Shown in pieces: positions 26,501 through 38,325 of a DNA stretch of 64,000 nt. The position numbers were made by a program, and so were the translations under genes. Positions within the stretch are counted from its first letter, which is position 1; each line of letters begins with the position of its first letter. The stretch is from Takakia lepidozioides (Eukaryota > Plantae > Bryophyta). The stretch is from NCBI GenBank assembly GCA_030704615.1, contig CM060733.1, positions 23,932,001 through 23,996,000 on the forward strand. Direction: 5' to 3'. The notes beneath the pieces are model-generated. The model was given only the letters and a program-made list of their open reading frames with translations. It made no database searches and was not told where the DNA came from.

Positions 26501-27961
26501 CGTGGCCTGCAAGTAAAAGAGATAGAATTCCAAAAACAACCGTGAAAATCAAAAGAACAGGAAGGTTGAAATGCCCGATTACATGTGGGAAGAGCTTGCA
26601 GACTTCCGGAATGACCTCCACCAGCAGGTCTGCACCCTTGCGATATACCAGCCGGCTTATCACTACAATTATCACCTGGTCTCTTCGATTAGGGCGGGCA
26701 CATGGATTCGGACGAAACATGGCCGTGTCCACAGCATTTGGAATGACAAAAACTTTCTCTGGGTTGAGCCCTGAACGAAGAACTGTGTTCTCTTTGCTGG
26801 TGTGTGAAACACAGATAGCTTGGTGCACATCTGCTAGTGTAAATTGCAAAACCTTCATCCAGTTTCAATAATCCAATGTAAGTAAAGGGACACAAAAAAA
26901 AGACTCTGAACAACAGAATTAATTATGCACTGAATGGCTCCTTCCTGAATATGCCTAATGGAGAGGATATATTTAAAAGCAACAAGTGGTTATATGCATG
27001 GAGTGGATTCCAAGCCTATAAATTGCTCCCTCTCTGCCCTAGCTGCTCAGTCCAAACTAGATGTAAGCTAAAGGGCCACATTTGCAGTTCCTACCTATGG
27101 TAAAATTGCCTGTCACAGTTATTATATCAATACTCATTGGTGACTGTAAAAACCACTGACTCTGTGAACAACAAATCACAAATTGCGCCTATCTTGGAAG
27201 GGAAAATTCTCAGAATCATACCCTTCTCTATGAAGGTAAGAAGAATTAGTCTCCAGGAAATAATTACAGAGAGCACACACCTTATTCATATGAATACTGC
27301 CCGGATCAGCAAAGCCATAGAGAGAGTGATCCGTGAAGACAACCCGCAGTCCCATCGTGCGAGCGTGCAAAATAGCTTCATGACAGAGTGTGGAAAAAGC
27401 CTGGTGTCCATGCACCAGGGTGATGCCCTCCCGGACAAAGATGGTCCGGAGGATTGGCAAAGAACCGAAGATGGTGGGAAGCGAATTCTGCTGAAAGAAA
27501 GGCAAACGCGGGATATAGTACACTTTGAGGCCATTCGTCATGTAGCGCACACCGCTCCGCCGCCCATAGGCATGAGTAGCAACAATTACCTGAGTTTTCC
27601 ATCAGAAATTGAAAACCCCAAAATCAAAATTCTCACACTCATCTACACCACAAATCGAGTCCAAAATGCATGTTTAGCTCTGCTGGAGACAATGCACATT
27701 GAGATTTTTTTAGAGAGAGAGAGAATGCACTCATAAGACGTTGTTTTCCGAAGCCTTGTGGCCATAGACCCCGCACCCAGTTCGGGAAGACGTATTAGAG
27801 AGAGACAGAGACAAAGAGCAGCGTACTTTGTGGCCACGCTGAAGGAGGCATTGGGAGAGGGAGTAGATGTGACTTTCAACACCCCCAAAATTAGGGTAGA
27901 AGAAATCGGACACCATGAGGACCCGATGACGACCCCTCTTCTCCTCCATCTTCGCGGCCAT
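23539..27961 (-). CDS. PIGA: Phosphatidylinositol N-acetylglucosaminyltransferase subunit A (GPI-GnT catalytic subunit, SETH2/GPI3 orthologue); 9 exons, 446 aa
   Basis: Exons 27961-27827, 27589-27281, 26852-26583, 25721-25567, 25369-25279, 24751-24635, 24476-24373, 24194-24104 and 23607-23539 join in frame (1341 nt). Motifs [58 protein letters not shown] and a C-terminal TM segment. Confidence 0.95.
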
Positions 27962-28035
27962 GCCAACCCGCCAACTTGCATGCGTGCATGCGCCCCTCTT
28001 CTCCCTCCTCCTTCCTCAATCTTCCATATCCACTC

Positions 28036-28343
28036 CCGCCTATGTCCAGTTTGCACAGGGCGCAACCGGGAAATTGAAACTGAAGAACACTTCTTCTTCT
28101 ATTGCCCTCTATACTACGAGATCCGTGGGAGATTCCACTGTCTATTCCGTGGAACTCAACCTCTCAGAAATGCTTGGCAGATTACCTGCACGAGGCACTC
28201 ACCCTTAGACAATCACTCGAGCAATAGTTTTTATCTTTGGCTCTGGTTTTGTTTTCTCTCTCATGTTTCCTTCCATTTTGTCCCATGAGCTCTACGAGCT
28301 TTCCGCTGACGTTATAAAACACCATTTCATTTCCTTTCCTGAA
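28036..28343 (+). mobile_element. Severely 5'-truncated LINE fragment (C-terminal Cys/His motif plus 3' UTR); same family as 53007-54152
   Basis: RLCPVC...IETEEHFFFYCPLYYEIRGRFHCLF and the downstream UTR are near-identical to about 53832-54152. It ends in a CATTT-like repeat tail. Confidence 0.85.
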
Positions 28344-29032
28344 TGTGCCTATGTTTAGTCTCAAACACTTATTATAAAATTCCGTGTGTCCCTCAGGGGC
28401 TCAAGTATTTTAGGCGTTTTGTTGGTCCCAAAGATCTGAAACTCTGTTGCTGCATGTGAGTTAAAACAGGGGGATTGATGTGAGCCCTCCATCACATGGG
28501 TACAGAGTTCCAACCATGACAGGCAATGTGAAATATGTAGCACAAGCAAGTTATGAGCCCCTTTACTACAGCATAGAGTAAGTCATCTTACTAACTGCCA
28601 GACTGCCATTGTGTGTTCTAAAATCAGTAATAGGGATCACATGACGATTTTGCATATTGAGTGATGGTGGGCATGCTTTCAGAGTCCCTTCCTGTCTGCA
28701 TTCAAAATTGAGAGGAATTATTTATGTAGGTCAACAGGGCAAGGTCCAACCCAAGGGATAGTTTTAGCATTTGAAATCATAGAACACATCATACATAAAA
28801 ACCACAAAGACACAAAAATCAGAAGCTAACTCACATTGTTGTGTTTATTACACAACAGAAATGATGCTGTCAACAGTTGACATTGGTACCAGCCTTTGTT
28901 GTGTCAAAGCCCTTGTTTCTGTCCTAAACTAGTTCAAAGTGGGATACAGCTGAAAACATTGATGCCCCTCACAAATGGCCACAACAACCGTTGACATTCC
29001 GACGACTGACACATTTTCTTTCATTCTTTGGT

Positions 29033-32000
29033 TCACCAGTAATCCCCACAAGAGCAGACTCCATCATGGAAGTGGTGAAAGCGGTTTGCATCCCGCACAA
29101 TCACCACTCGCCCAACAATCTTTGAGATGAACTTGGTAGCGGTGTGGCAGTCACCACACACCCGAAGGTTCTTGATAATGCGGATAGGCATCCCGGGGGG
29201 TGTGCTGATAAGCCCAAAAGCAATGGCCAGCTTCTCACTGTGGTGGCAGAGAGAAGCTACCTTCTGCTCCTCCTCCACATCATGCAATACAAAGCTAGTG
29301 TCCGGAACGTACCCCGCCTGCTTCATCTGCCCAGATAATCTCTCCAGCTCAGTGTGGATTTCCTCAATATGTGGATGTAACGTGTCTTCTGTAATGAACT
29401 CATGCACCTGGTCGTTCACCTCAATGCAACTGCGCCCTGGCTCCTTTCTGACACCTCTGTCCTGCATCATTTGTCTCACCTTTGCTTTATCGTCCCATCT
29501 TCCAGCAGCAGCGTAGATGTTTGATAGCAGCACATAAGCTCCAGCATGCTGTGGATCCGACTTGAGAATCGATTTTGCAGCACGTTCTGCTAGCTCCACA
29601 TTGCCATGGACTCTGCAGGCACTGAGCAAGGCCCGCCACACTGTAGCATCTGGTTCAATTGGCATTTTGTTCATGAAGTCCTCTGCGTCATCAATTCGCC
29701 CTGCACGGCCAAGAAGATCCACCATGCAGCCAAAATGCTCCACTGTAGGTGTGAGCCCATAGTCTCCATTCATGGAGTGAAAATAGTGTCGGCCTTCATC
29801 CACCAGGCCTGCATGGCTACATGCAGAAAGAAGAGATAGGAAGGTGATTCCGTCCGGAGTCAAGCCTTCCTGTTGCATTTGCTCGTACGTCTGAACAGCC
29901 TCTTCACCATACCCGCACTGGGCATATCCTGCAATCATGGCAGTCCAGGATACCACATTTCGCTTGGCCATTTTGTCAAACACTTGACGGGCATCCTTAG
30001 TGCTCCCACATTTTGCATACATGTCAACAAGTGTAGTCTCCAAAGTAATGTCTGATGTGAGGTAACTTTTGGCAATGTCAGCATGGACCCGGTGACCCCT
30101 GTCCAGGGCTCCTAGGCTGGCACACGCTTTTAGAACACAGATGAATGTGACCATGTCGGGCACTGTCCCTTCTTGTTGCATTTGTTCATAGATTCTGAAA
30201 CCTTCTTCATCATGGCCATGCTGGGTGTATCCAGCAATCATAGCATTCCATGAAGCCACATTTCGTTGAGCCATTTGGTCGAATAAATGACGTGCATCCT
30301 TGAGGCTCCCACATTTGGCATATCCTGTGATCATGGCAGTCCAAGAGACCATATTTCGGTTTTCCATTTTGTCAAACACTTGACGCGCATCATTTAAGCT
30401 CCCACACTTGGCATACATGTCAACAAGCGTGGTCTCCAAACCAATGTCTGAACCACTTCCTCTTTCCAGGATATCAGCATGGATCTGCTTGCCCTTCTCC
30501 AAGGTTCCTAGGCTTGCGCACACATTGAGAATGCAAACGAAAGTAACAACATCAGGCGTAACACCTTCCTGTTGCATTTGCTCATAGATTTTGAGGGCCT
30601 CTTCACCATGTCCATGCATGGAATATCCTGCGATAATGGCTGTCCAAGAGACCACATTCCTTTTCGCCATTTTGTCGAATACTTGACGCGCATCCTTTAT
30701 GCTTCCACATTTGGCATACATGTCAACAAGGGTGTTCTCCAAATTGATATATGAAGGAATTCCAGTTCTGAGGATGTCAGCATGCACCCACTTGCCCTTT
30801 TCCAGGGCTCCAAGGCTGGAGCAAGCATTGACAACAGAAATGAATGTGACCCTGTCAGGCATCACCCTTTGCTGTCGCATTTGCTCATACAGTTTAAAAG
30901 CCTCTTCACCATGCTCATGCTGGGCATATCCTGCAATCATGGCATTCCAGGAGACCACGTCTCGTTTAGCCATTTTGTCAAACACTTGATGGGCATCCTG
31001 TATGCTCCCACATTTGGCATACATGTCCACAAGGGTATTGTCCAAATTAACATACGACCTGATTTCAGTTTTGAGGATGTCACCATGTACCCGCTTGCCC
31101 TCTTCTAGAGCTCCTAGGCGGGCACATGCATTCAGAACGCAGATGAATGTGACCACATTTGGTGCCACCCCTTGCCGTTGCATTTTCTCATAGATTTCAA
31201 GAGCCTCTTTACCATGCCCATGCTCAGCATACCCTGCCAGCATGGCGTTCCATGAGACTACATTCCTTCTGGCCATATTCTTGAACACTTGATGCGCATC
31301 CTTTATGCTCCCACATTTCGCATACATGTCAACAAGGCTAGTCTCCAACATGATGTCAGATACAATTCCAGTCTTGATGATGTCAGCATGGACCTGCTGG
31401 GCTTTTTCTAAGGCTCCTAGCCTAGCACATGCATTGAGAACGCAAGTGAAAGTCACACTGTCAGGCATCACGCCTTCGCCTTGCATTTGCTCATAGATTT
31501 GGAGAGCTTTCTCAGCATGCCCGCACTTACTATATCCAGCAATCATCATACTCCAAGTAAATTTATCTCGTTCAGGCATTTTGTCGAACACTTGGCGTGC
31601 ATCAACCATGCTCCTGCACTTGGCATACATGTTGATAAGGGTGTTGTCAAGAAAGATGCTTGCCTTGAATCCACTTTGGATAATGTGGGCGTGCAACTGC
31701 TTTCCCTCTGCAAGGGCTTTAAAATTGATGCACCCCTGCAAGAAAGAGACGTATGTGTTGGTGTCTGCCTGAATGCCCCCTTGGTTCAAAATCTGCAGGG
31801 CCTCTTTCAGTTGTCCTTCCTTACATAATGATCTCACATCCCCATAATGGCCAGAAGAAGTCTTGTTGACTCCCTTTCTTGTCCATGTTTCAAAGGCAGT
31901 GGTGATCATGGAGGTGCTAACCTTGCCACCAGTTTGGTGTCCATCTAACAATTGGCCATGGTTCAACCCTGCCATCCTGCATGAGTCAGATCTATGTCTC

Positions 32001-33485
32001 TGTGAATGCATATTCATAGAGTACATCTAACATCCCTAAGACTGACTGGAAACAAGGTGACAAAACTCTTACGGTTCATCTAGAATGGGATTTGACTTTA
32101 GTCATCTCAAAACACAACAGTACCTGCTGCATTCTCGACCTGGAGCTGCATGGTGCCCATCAATATTAGAACCACTGCCAGATTGAGTTTGACCTTGCAT
32201 CATGGCAGCTAGCTCTGTCTTCAACCAAGGCGGGTTTGACCGACTCTCAATCCGAAGGACCTCCTTTGTGAACTTATGTCGGAAGTCTGGTGATAGTGAA
32301 TTCCTCTGTGTAAGGCAAGCCAGGAGAATGCCATACCTTCAACCACAGCCCGATAGAGACCACCAAACCTCCCATGCATCATATCAAACACCAGGCCACA
32401 CCTTTGACCAACATTGAATGCTATATTCTGGCTAACAACCTACTCATTGCAGGTATGATATCTAACGTCAGCATCGTCAATAATCTGGGCAACTGAAACC
32501 ATAGAAGGGTCCGTTTCGAAAAAGAAACAAAATCATAAGTTCATAGATAGCCCCACCTTATCAAACCTGTTGTCCCACCACTGTGAAGGATCTGACATGA
32601 ACTCATGCCAAAGCTGTTCTATGTTCATTGATTGGCCTGCAGCCAAATAACATGAAATCTATATGAGCATGTACTCTACTAGAAGTCTTATTGTAGAATG
32701 CTAGAAAAGCTTTCCTCGGATTGATTCTCTCTCTCCCCTCTGCACACCACGGGTGGGTGAGATCTGGCCACAAGGCTACAGAAAGCATGGTCGATCAATC
32801 TACTCTCCCTGTCTGATGCCATCTCCACCCTCAGTTTGACTGCCGATATTATTCACTTCTTGGACCTAAGCCAGCAAGTTTGTGACAAGAGCCACACAAG
32901 ACCGCTACACAACCAGTGAGAGCCAGAATACAAATAAAAAAGGCAACATACATGTTGTGATGTACGTAACCCTGTGCTGTGGGAAATCAGGCACAGGGCT
33001 AAAAGCACCACCTCATTCTCTGGAGCAGTCATGGGGCCCTGCCTTACTAGTCAAGGCGAGGCCCATGTCAGAATGCCCCAGTCCTGCCAGGCTGCAGACA
33101 GATAATCTAAGTACATGCTAGGATATCAAGTCAAAATCCCGCTTTGCAGAGATTAAGGTTGGATTTCCATGTGTGCTGGGACGTGTCAAGGACAGTTTGG
33201 AGCCTGGATGGTTTGACACACACATTAGAGACGCCAAAGTGACAAACTCAGACAAACTAGTTGGATGTCTGTACCTTCTTTCGGTTTCACAGAAAACTTG
33301 GGAGGCACCACAGCCAGCATTCTCAAGGAAATCGGGCACTCCATTGTCAAGGTGGATGCCCCTTCGAGCTCTAGCTGCCCCCTTATTTGGATGCATGAAG
33401 TGAGGCATCCCGCCCGTTGAGGTGAACAACAAGGCACTGCCGTGGATACGGAATGTCCGTACCCATCAGAGCACGCTGCCATCAT
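29033..33485 (-). CDS. PPR-1: PDF(OSB-type)-PLS-PPR-E-DYW protein; 4 exons, 1138 aa; predicted C-to-U organellar editing factor
   Basis: Exons 33485-33275, 32636-32557, 32305-32124 and 31976-29033 are all GT-AG with phases 1, 0, 2 (3417 nt open). P-L-S repeats, E domains, HSEKLA, CGDCH and terminal DYW are intact. The PPR-DYW part is secure; the three upstream exons are a manual model. Confidence 0.88.
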
Positions 33486-33949
33486 CCCTTCGCTTGTGTG
33501 TGCGAGGCAAGGAAAAGAAGCAAATGTGAAATCGGTGGCTCTACTGTTTTGAGTGTCTCTCGAGGGAATGCGTTAAAGAACTGTGCTTCCGTTCTCACAC
33601 GAGGACAAGACTTTTCCTGCAAATTCATTAACTCCGCTGCCCTTTGCAACTACCTCCTGCCTTGAGGACCATCTTGGTCCCAAGATATTATTTACTCGAC
33701 CATGAAGATTGAACCTGATGAGAGGAAAGAGCGGTACGATGTGAGAGAAACGGAGTGGCATCTCATGCTTACTTTCTTCAAGAATCTGCACCGAGTAACA
33801 AAGCAAATGAGCTTAAGTTCTGCGTGACTCCAAGTCTCCCCCCCAAAAAATTTTAAGCTAAATCTTTGGCAGGGGTCTCCTCTGACGCGACATGTGCAAA
33901 ACAAAACAATGAAAATGCTCTTTCTTTCTCTCGAATGCAAGGCACCGCG

Positions 33950-34368
33950 ATGGTGGCAAGGTGCTGCGGCGCTCTCCCCAGCACGCAGGGGGATGCAACA
34001 CCCAAGGCCCTGCGAAGAAGAATGCACTTCACGTCATGCGGAAGATTAAGGGGCGAGGTTGTGGATTTGAAAGGGACATCCACATTGGCAAGGCCAGTGG
34101 TGGCACCTCCCCACCAGCCTTCAGTGAAACTGAAAGAAGGTATAGACGTGCAACTTTTTGCGCCTTGTTTGGGGTCTGTGCGTCAGACCCATGTGGGCTC
34201 CAAATTGTCATGACCCACACCTCATAGTGTTGCTCTCCTTGTGGTATACCCAGTCCACAGCAGGGTCAAAGAAGGTCTGTCAAGCATTGGGAGCAGGACC
34301 GACAGGCTTACCTCCGCCCTCAGCTCTTCACTATTCCTGAAACTTCACTATACGCTATTAATTTTTGC

Positions 34369-34408
<40 letters not shown>

Positions 34409-37400
34409 ATCGTCTCTTTCAGTCGTCTCTTTCGAATTCTCTCAGAAAACTCAGCTATTTTGGTTTTACAGTATACTGTCCGAGATTAAACCCACTGCTG
34501 CAGGTATGAGAAAGAAAGATCATCGTTGTCATAATCATTATTCTAGGCAACTGAAGCAACAGTATAATCATTTCAACCCCAGATGCCAGAATCATTAAGT
34601 AAGAATACAGACAGACTCACCTTATCAAACCTGTTATCCACCACTGCAAAGGATCTGACATGAACTCCTGCCAAAGGTGCTCCATGCCCAATGCTTGGCC
34701 TACAGGCAAATACCGCATAAATATAAGATGTTTAGGAGCTCCAAATGACCACAAGTCTAGCTGGGGATTACTTAGTGGGCTTTCCCCCACTAAGTACTCC
34801 CCAGCAAGACTTATGGTCATTTGGAGCTCCTAAACATCTTATATTTACGCGGTATTTGCCAACAGGCCAAGCATTGGGCATGGAGCACCTTTGGCCAGAG
34901 TTCATGTCAGATCCTTTACAGAAAAATCTCGGACAGTGTACCGTAAAACCAAAATAGCTGAGTGTTCTAAGTTGTTCCTATTTTTGATATGAATCCTGTG
35001 GGGGTGCTTTGGTGGTTGTTGCCTGGTCTGTTGGGGGACAAGGTTGTTCCCTATTATGTGAAAGATGCTGGGGAGCTTTGGTGGTCTGAGCAGGTCTGTG
35101 GTTGATCCAAGGTCGCCAGACTTCAGACATATGTGCACAAAGGAGGTCCTTTGGTCAAATCCCTCTTGGGTGAAAGCAGAGCCAGCTGCCATGGCACAAG
35201 ATCAATCAGGATCTGAGGATGGATCTAGTATCAATGTGCACCATATAACGACAGGCCGCCAATACAGCAGGTATGGTTTTGTGGACAGCAAGTCAACTGT
35301 ATATCTTTAAAGAGAGAGAATCGCTTCAGTGTATTCTCAATGTACAGAGCCTGTGGCAGTTTGTACCCTGTCATTATGTACATCAAAATGCCCGTGGTCG
35401 TGAAGATATATGTGATGTGTTGGGAAGTATCTACAAGTGTCAAGATAAACAATGTCCATATAAATATTAGACTTTCTGACTTGGAGATCTGAGTTGCATA
35501 GGATGACAGAGTCGGAGGGAGCACAATCAGTCATTGGACATCAGCCTGGCGGCAGCAGTAGCACCTCCACCAGAGCCTCTACTTCTGAAAAAGGCCCAAG
35601 AGAGGGAATCAGCAAAAAGTCTTGTGACATTCACAGGGATGTGAGGACACTATGTAAGGAGGGACGACTGAAAGAGGCGATGCATATATTAAAGCAACCA
35701 GGCATGCGGCCAGACTGCAACACTTATGTCTGTCTCTTACAGAGTTGCATCAAGAAGAAAGCCCTAGCAGAGGGAAAGGAGGTGCAAGCCCACATCATCC
35801 AAAGTGGACTCAAACCGAACATAATTCTTAACAACACCCTTATCAACATGTATGCCAAGTGCGGGAGCGTGGTGGATGCATGCCAAGTGTTTGACAAAAT
35901 GTGTCAACGAGATAAGTTTACATGGAGTATGATGATTGCAGGGTGTGCGAAGCATGGACATGCTGAGAAGGCTTTCAAAGTCTACGAACAAATGCAAGCA
36001 GAGGGAGTCATTCCTGACAGGGTGACTGTCACTTGTGTTGTCAATGCATGTGCCAAGCTAGCGGCCCTGGAAATTGGCCAGCGGGTCCATGCTGACACAA
36101 TCAGAAGTGGAATTGCCTCAGACATTACTCTAGAGACCTCCCTCATTGACATGTATGCCAAATGCGGGAGCATGAAGGATGCGCGTCAAATGTTCGACAA
36201 AATGGAAAAACGAAATGTGTTCTCTTGGACTGCCATGATCACAGGATACGCAAAGTGTGGGAGCATGAAGGATGCACGTCAATTGTTCGACAACATGACC
36301 GAAAGAAATGTGGTCTCATGGAACGCCATGATCACAGGATATTCTGAGCATGGATATGCTGAAGATGCTTTCAAAATCTACGAGCAAATGCAATTGGTAG
36401 GGGTTACACCGGACGCTGTCACATTCATCTGTGCTCTCAATGCTTGTGCCAGCCTAGGAGCGCTGGAAAAGGGCAAGCGGGTCCATGCTAATATTCTTGA
36501 AACTGGAATTGGGTCTGACGTTACTTTGGAAACTACCCTTGTTAATATGTATGCCAAATGCGGGAGCCTAAAGGATGCACAGGAGGTGTTTGATAAAATG
36601 GAGAGACGCAATGTGGTCTCTTGGACTGCCATGATTGCAGGATATGCACAATGCGGGAGCCTAAAGGCTGCACGTCATTTGTTTGACAGTATGACTGAAC
36701 GGAATGTGGTCTCATGGAATGCCATTATTTCAGGGTACGCACAGCATGGGCATGGTGAAGAGGCTTTCAAAATCTATGAGCAAATGCAACGAGAAGGGGT
36801 GACGCCTGACCTGGTCACATTCAATTGTGCTCTCAATGCGTGTGCCAGGCTAGGAGCCCTGGAAAAGGGCCGGCGTGTCCATGCTGATATTGTCAAAACT
36901 GGAATTGGGTCTGAGATGACTTTAGAGACTGCCCTTGTTGACATGTATGCGAAATGTGGGAGGATTAAGGATGCACGTGAAGTATTTGACAATATGACCA
37001 AACGAAGCGTCTTCTCCTGGACTGCCATGGTCACAGGGTATGCTAAATGTGGGAGTGTACAAGATGCACGCCAAGTTTTCAACCAAATGGACATACGAGA
37101 CGTTGTCTCATGGAACACCATGATCACAGGATATGCTCAGCATGGGCATGGTGAAGAGGCTTTCAATTTGTACCAGCAAATGCAGCAGGAACGGGTGATA
37201 GCTGACAGGGTAACGTTCACTGGCGTTCTCACTGCATGTGCCACCCTTGGGGCCCTAGAAAAGGGCAAGCGGGTCCATGCCGATATCCTCAAAATGGGAA
37301 TCGTGTTGGACATCAATTTGGAGACCACCCTTGTTGACATGTATGCCAAATCTGGGAGCGTGAGGGATGCACGTCAAGTGTTTGACAATATGCCCAAACA

Positions 37401-38325
37401 AACTGTGGTCTCCTGGACCGCCATGATTGGAGGATATGCCCAGCATGGGCGTGCTGAAGAGGCTCTCACACTCTATGAGCAAATGCGACAGGAAGGCTTC
37501 AAGCCGGACAGTGTCACATTCACCTCTCTTCTCTCTGCATGTAGCCGTGGGGGACTAATGGATGAGGGCCATCACTACTTTGATTCCATGAGGCGAGACC
37601 ATGGCCTCATCCCTACAGTGGAGCATTTTGGCTGCATGGTGGATCTTCTTGGTCGTGCAGGGCAATTGGATGCTGCGAAAGACTTCATCAACGAAATGCC
37701 TATCCAACCAGATGCTATGGTGTGGCGGACCTTTCTTGGTGCCTGCAGAATTCATGGCAAGGTGAAACTAGCAGAAGAGGCTGCAGAACGGCTTCTCGAG
37801 TTGGATCCACCACATCCTGCAGCTTATGTGCTACTGTCAAACATCTATGCTGCTGCTGGCAGGTGGGAGGATAAAGCAAAGGTGACGCAGATGATGGAGG
37901 ACAGATGTATAAGAAAAGAGCTAGGACGCAGCTTCATTGAAGTGAATAACCAGGTGCATAATTTCATTGTAGGAGACGAAATGCATCCACAAATTGAGGA
38001 GATCTATGCTGAGCTGCAGAGATTGTCTGGGCAGATGAAGGAGGCTGGGCACATGCCTGACACACAGTTTGTATTGCATGATGTGGAGGAGCAAGAGCAA
38101 TTTTCTCATTGGCACCACAGTGAGAAGCTGGCAATTGCCTTTGGGCTCATCAGCACGCCCCCTAGAACACCCCTTCGTGTCATCACAAACCGTCGGCTGT
38201 GTGATGACTGCCACATTGCCACCAAGTTCATCTCCAAGATTGTTGAGCGAGAACTTGTTGTCCGGGATGCCAACCACTTTCACCACTTCCAAGTCGGGGT
38301 CTGTTCTTGTGGGGATTATTGGTGA
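33950..38325 (+). CDS. PPR-2: PLS-PPR-E-DYW paralog with a disrupted 5' PDF region
   Basis: The main exon 35502-38325 is open and has HSEKLA, CDDCH and DYW. Exon 33950-34139 is homologous to PPR-1 exon 1. The PDF first-half exon (from 34866) has lost WWDNR..K and its donor. 35065-35270 (SPDFRHMCTKEVLWSNPSWV) splices in phase 2 to 35502. Confidence 0.8.
34371..34403. repeat. (GA)n microsatellite
   Basis: Uninterrupted GA run just left of the palindrome. Confidence 0.95.
34444..34968. repeat. Long fold-back palindrome: core arms 34644-34779 and 34786-34921 (6-nt loop), outer arms 34444-34487 and 34925-34968
   Basis: The 136-bp core arms pair without indels, with about 10 mismatches by hand count. 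The 44-bp outer arms pair across a 156-bp segment (34488-34643) present only on the left. Confidence 0.95.

Noticed and set aside
31977-32026. ORF-track starts for the PPR genes (32026, 35494, 62478)
   Set aside because: They lie in predicted introns upstream of conserved acceptors (31976, 35502, 62211); the spliced models explain the homology better.
33275-33485. PPR-1/PPR-2 exon 1 as a degenerate OSB OB-fold (SSB-like) domain
   Set aside because: Too short and poorly conserved between paralogs; more consistent with a targeting or leader peptide.
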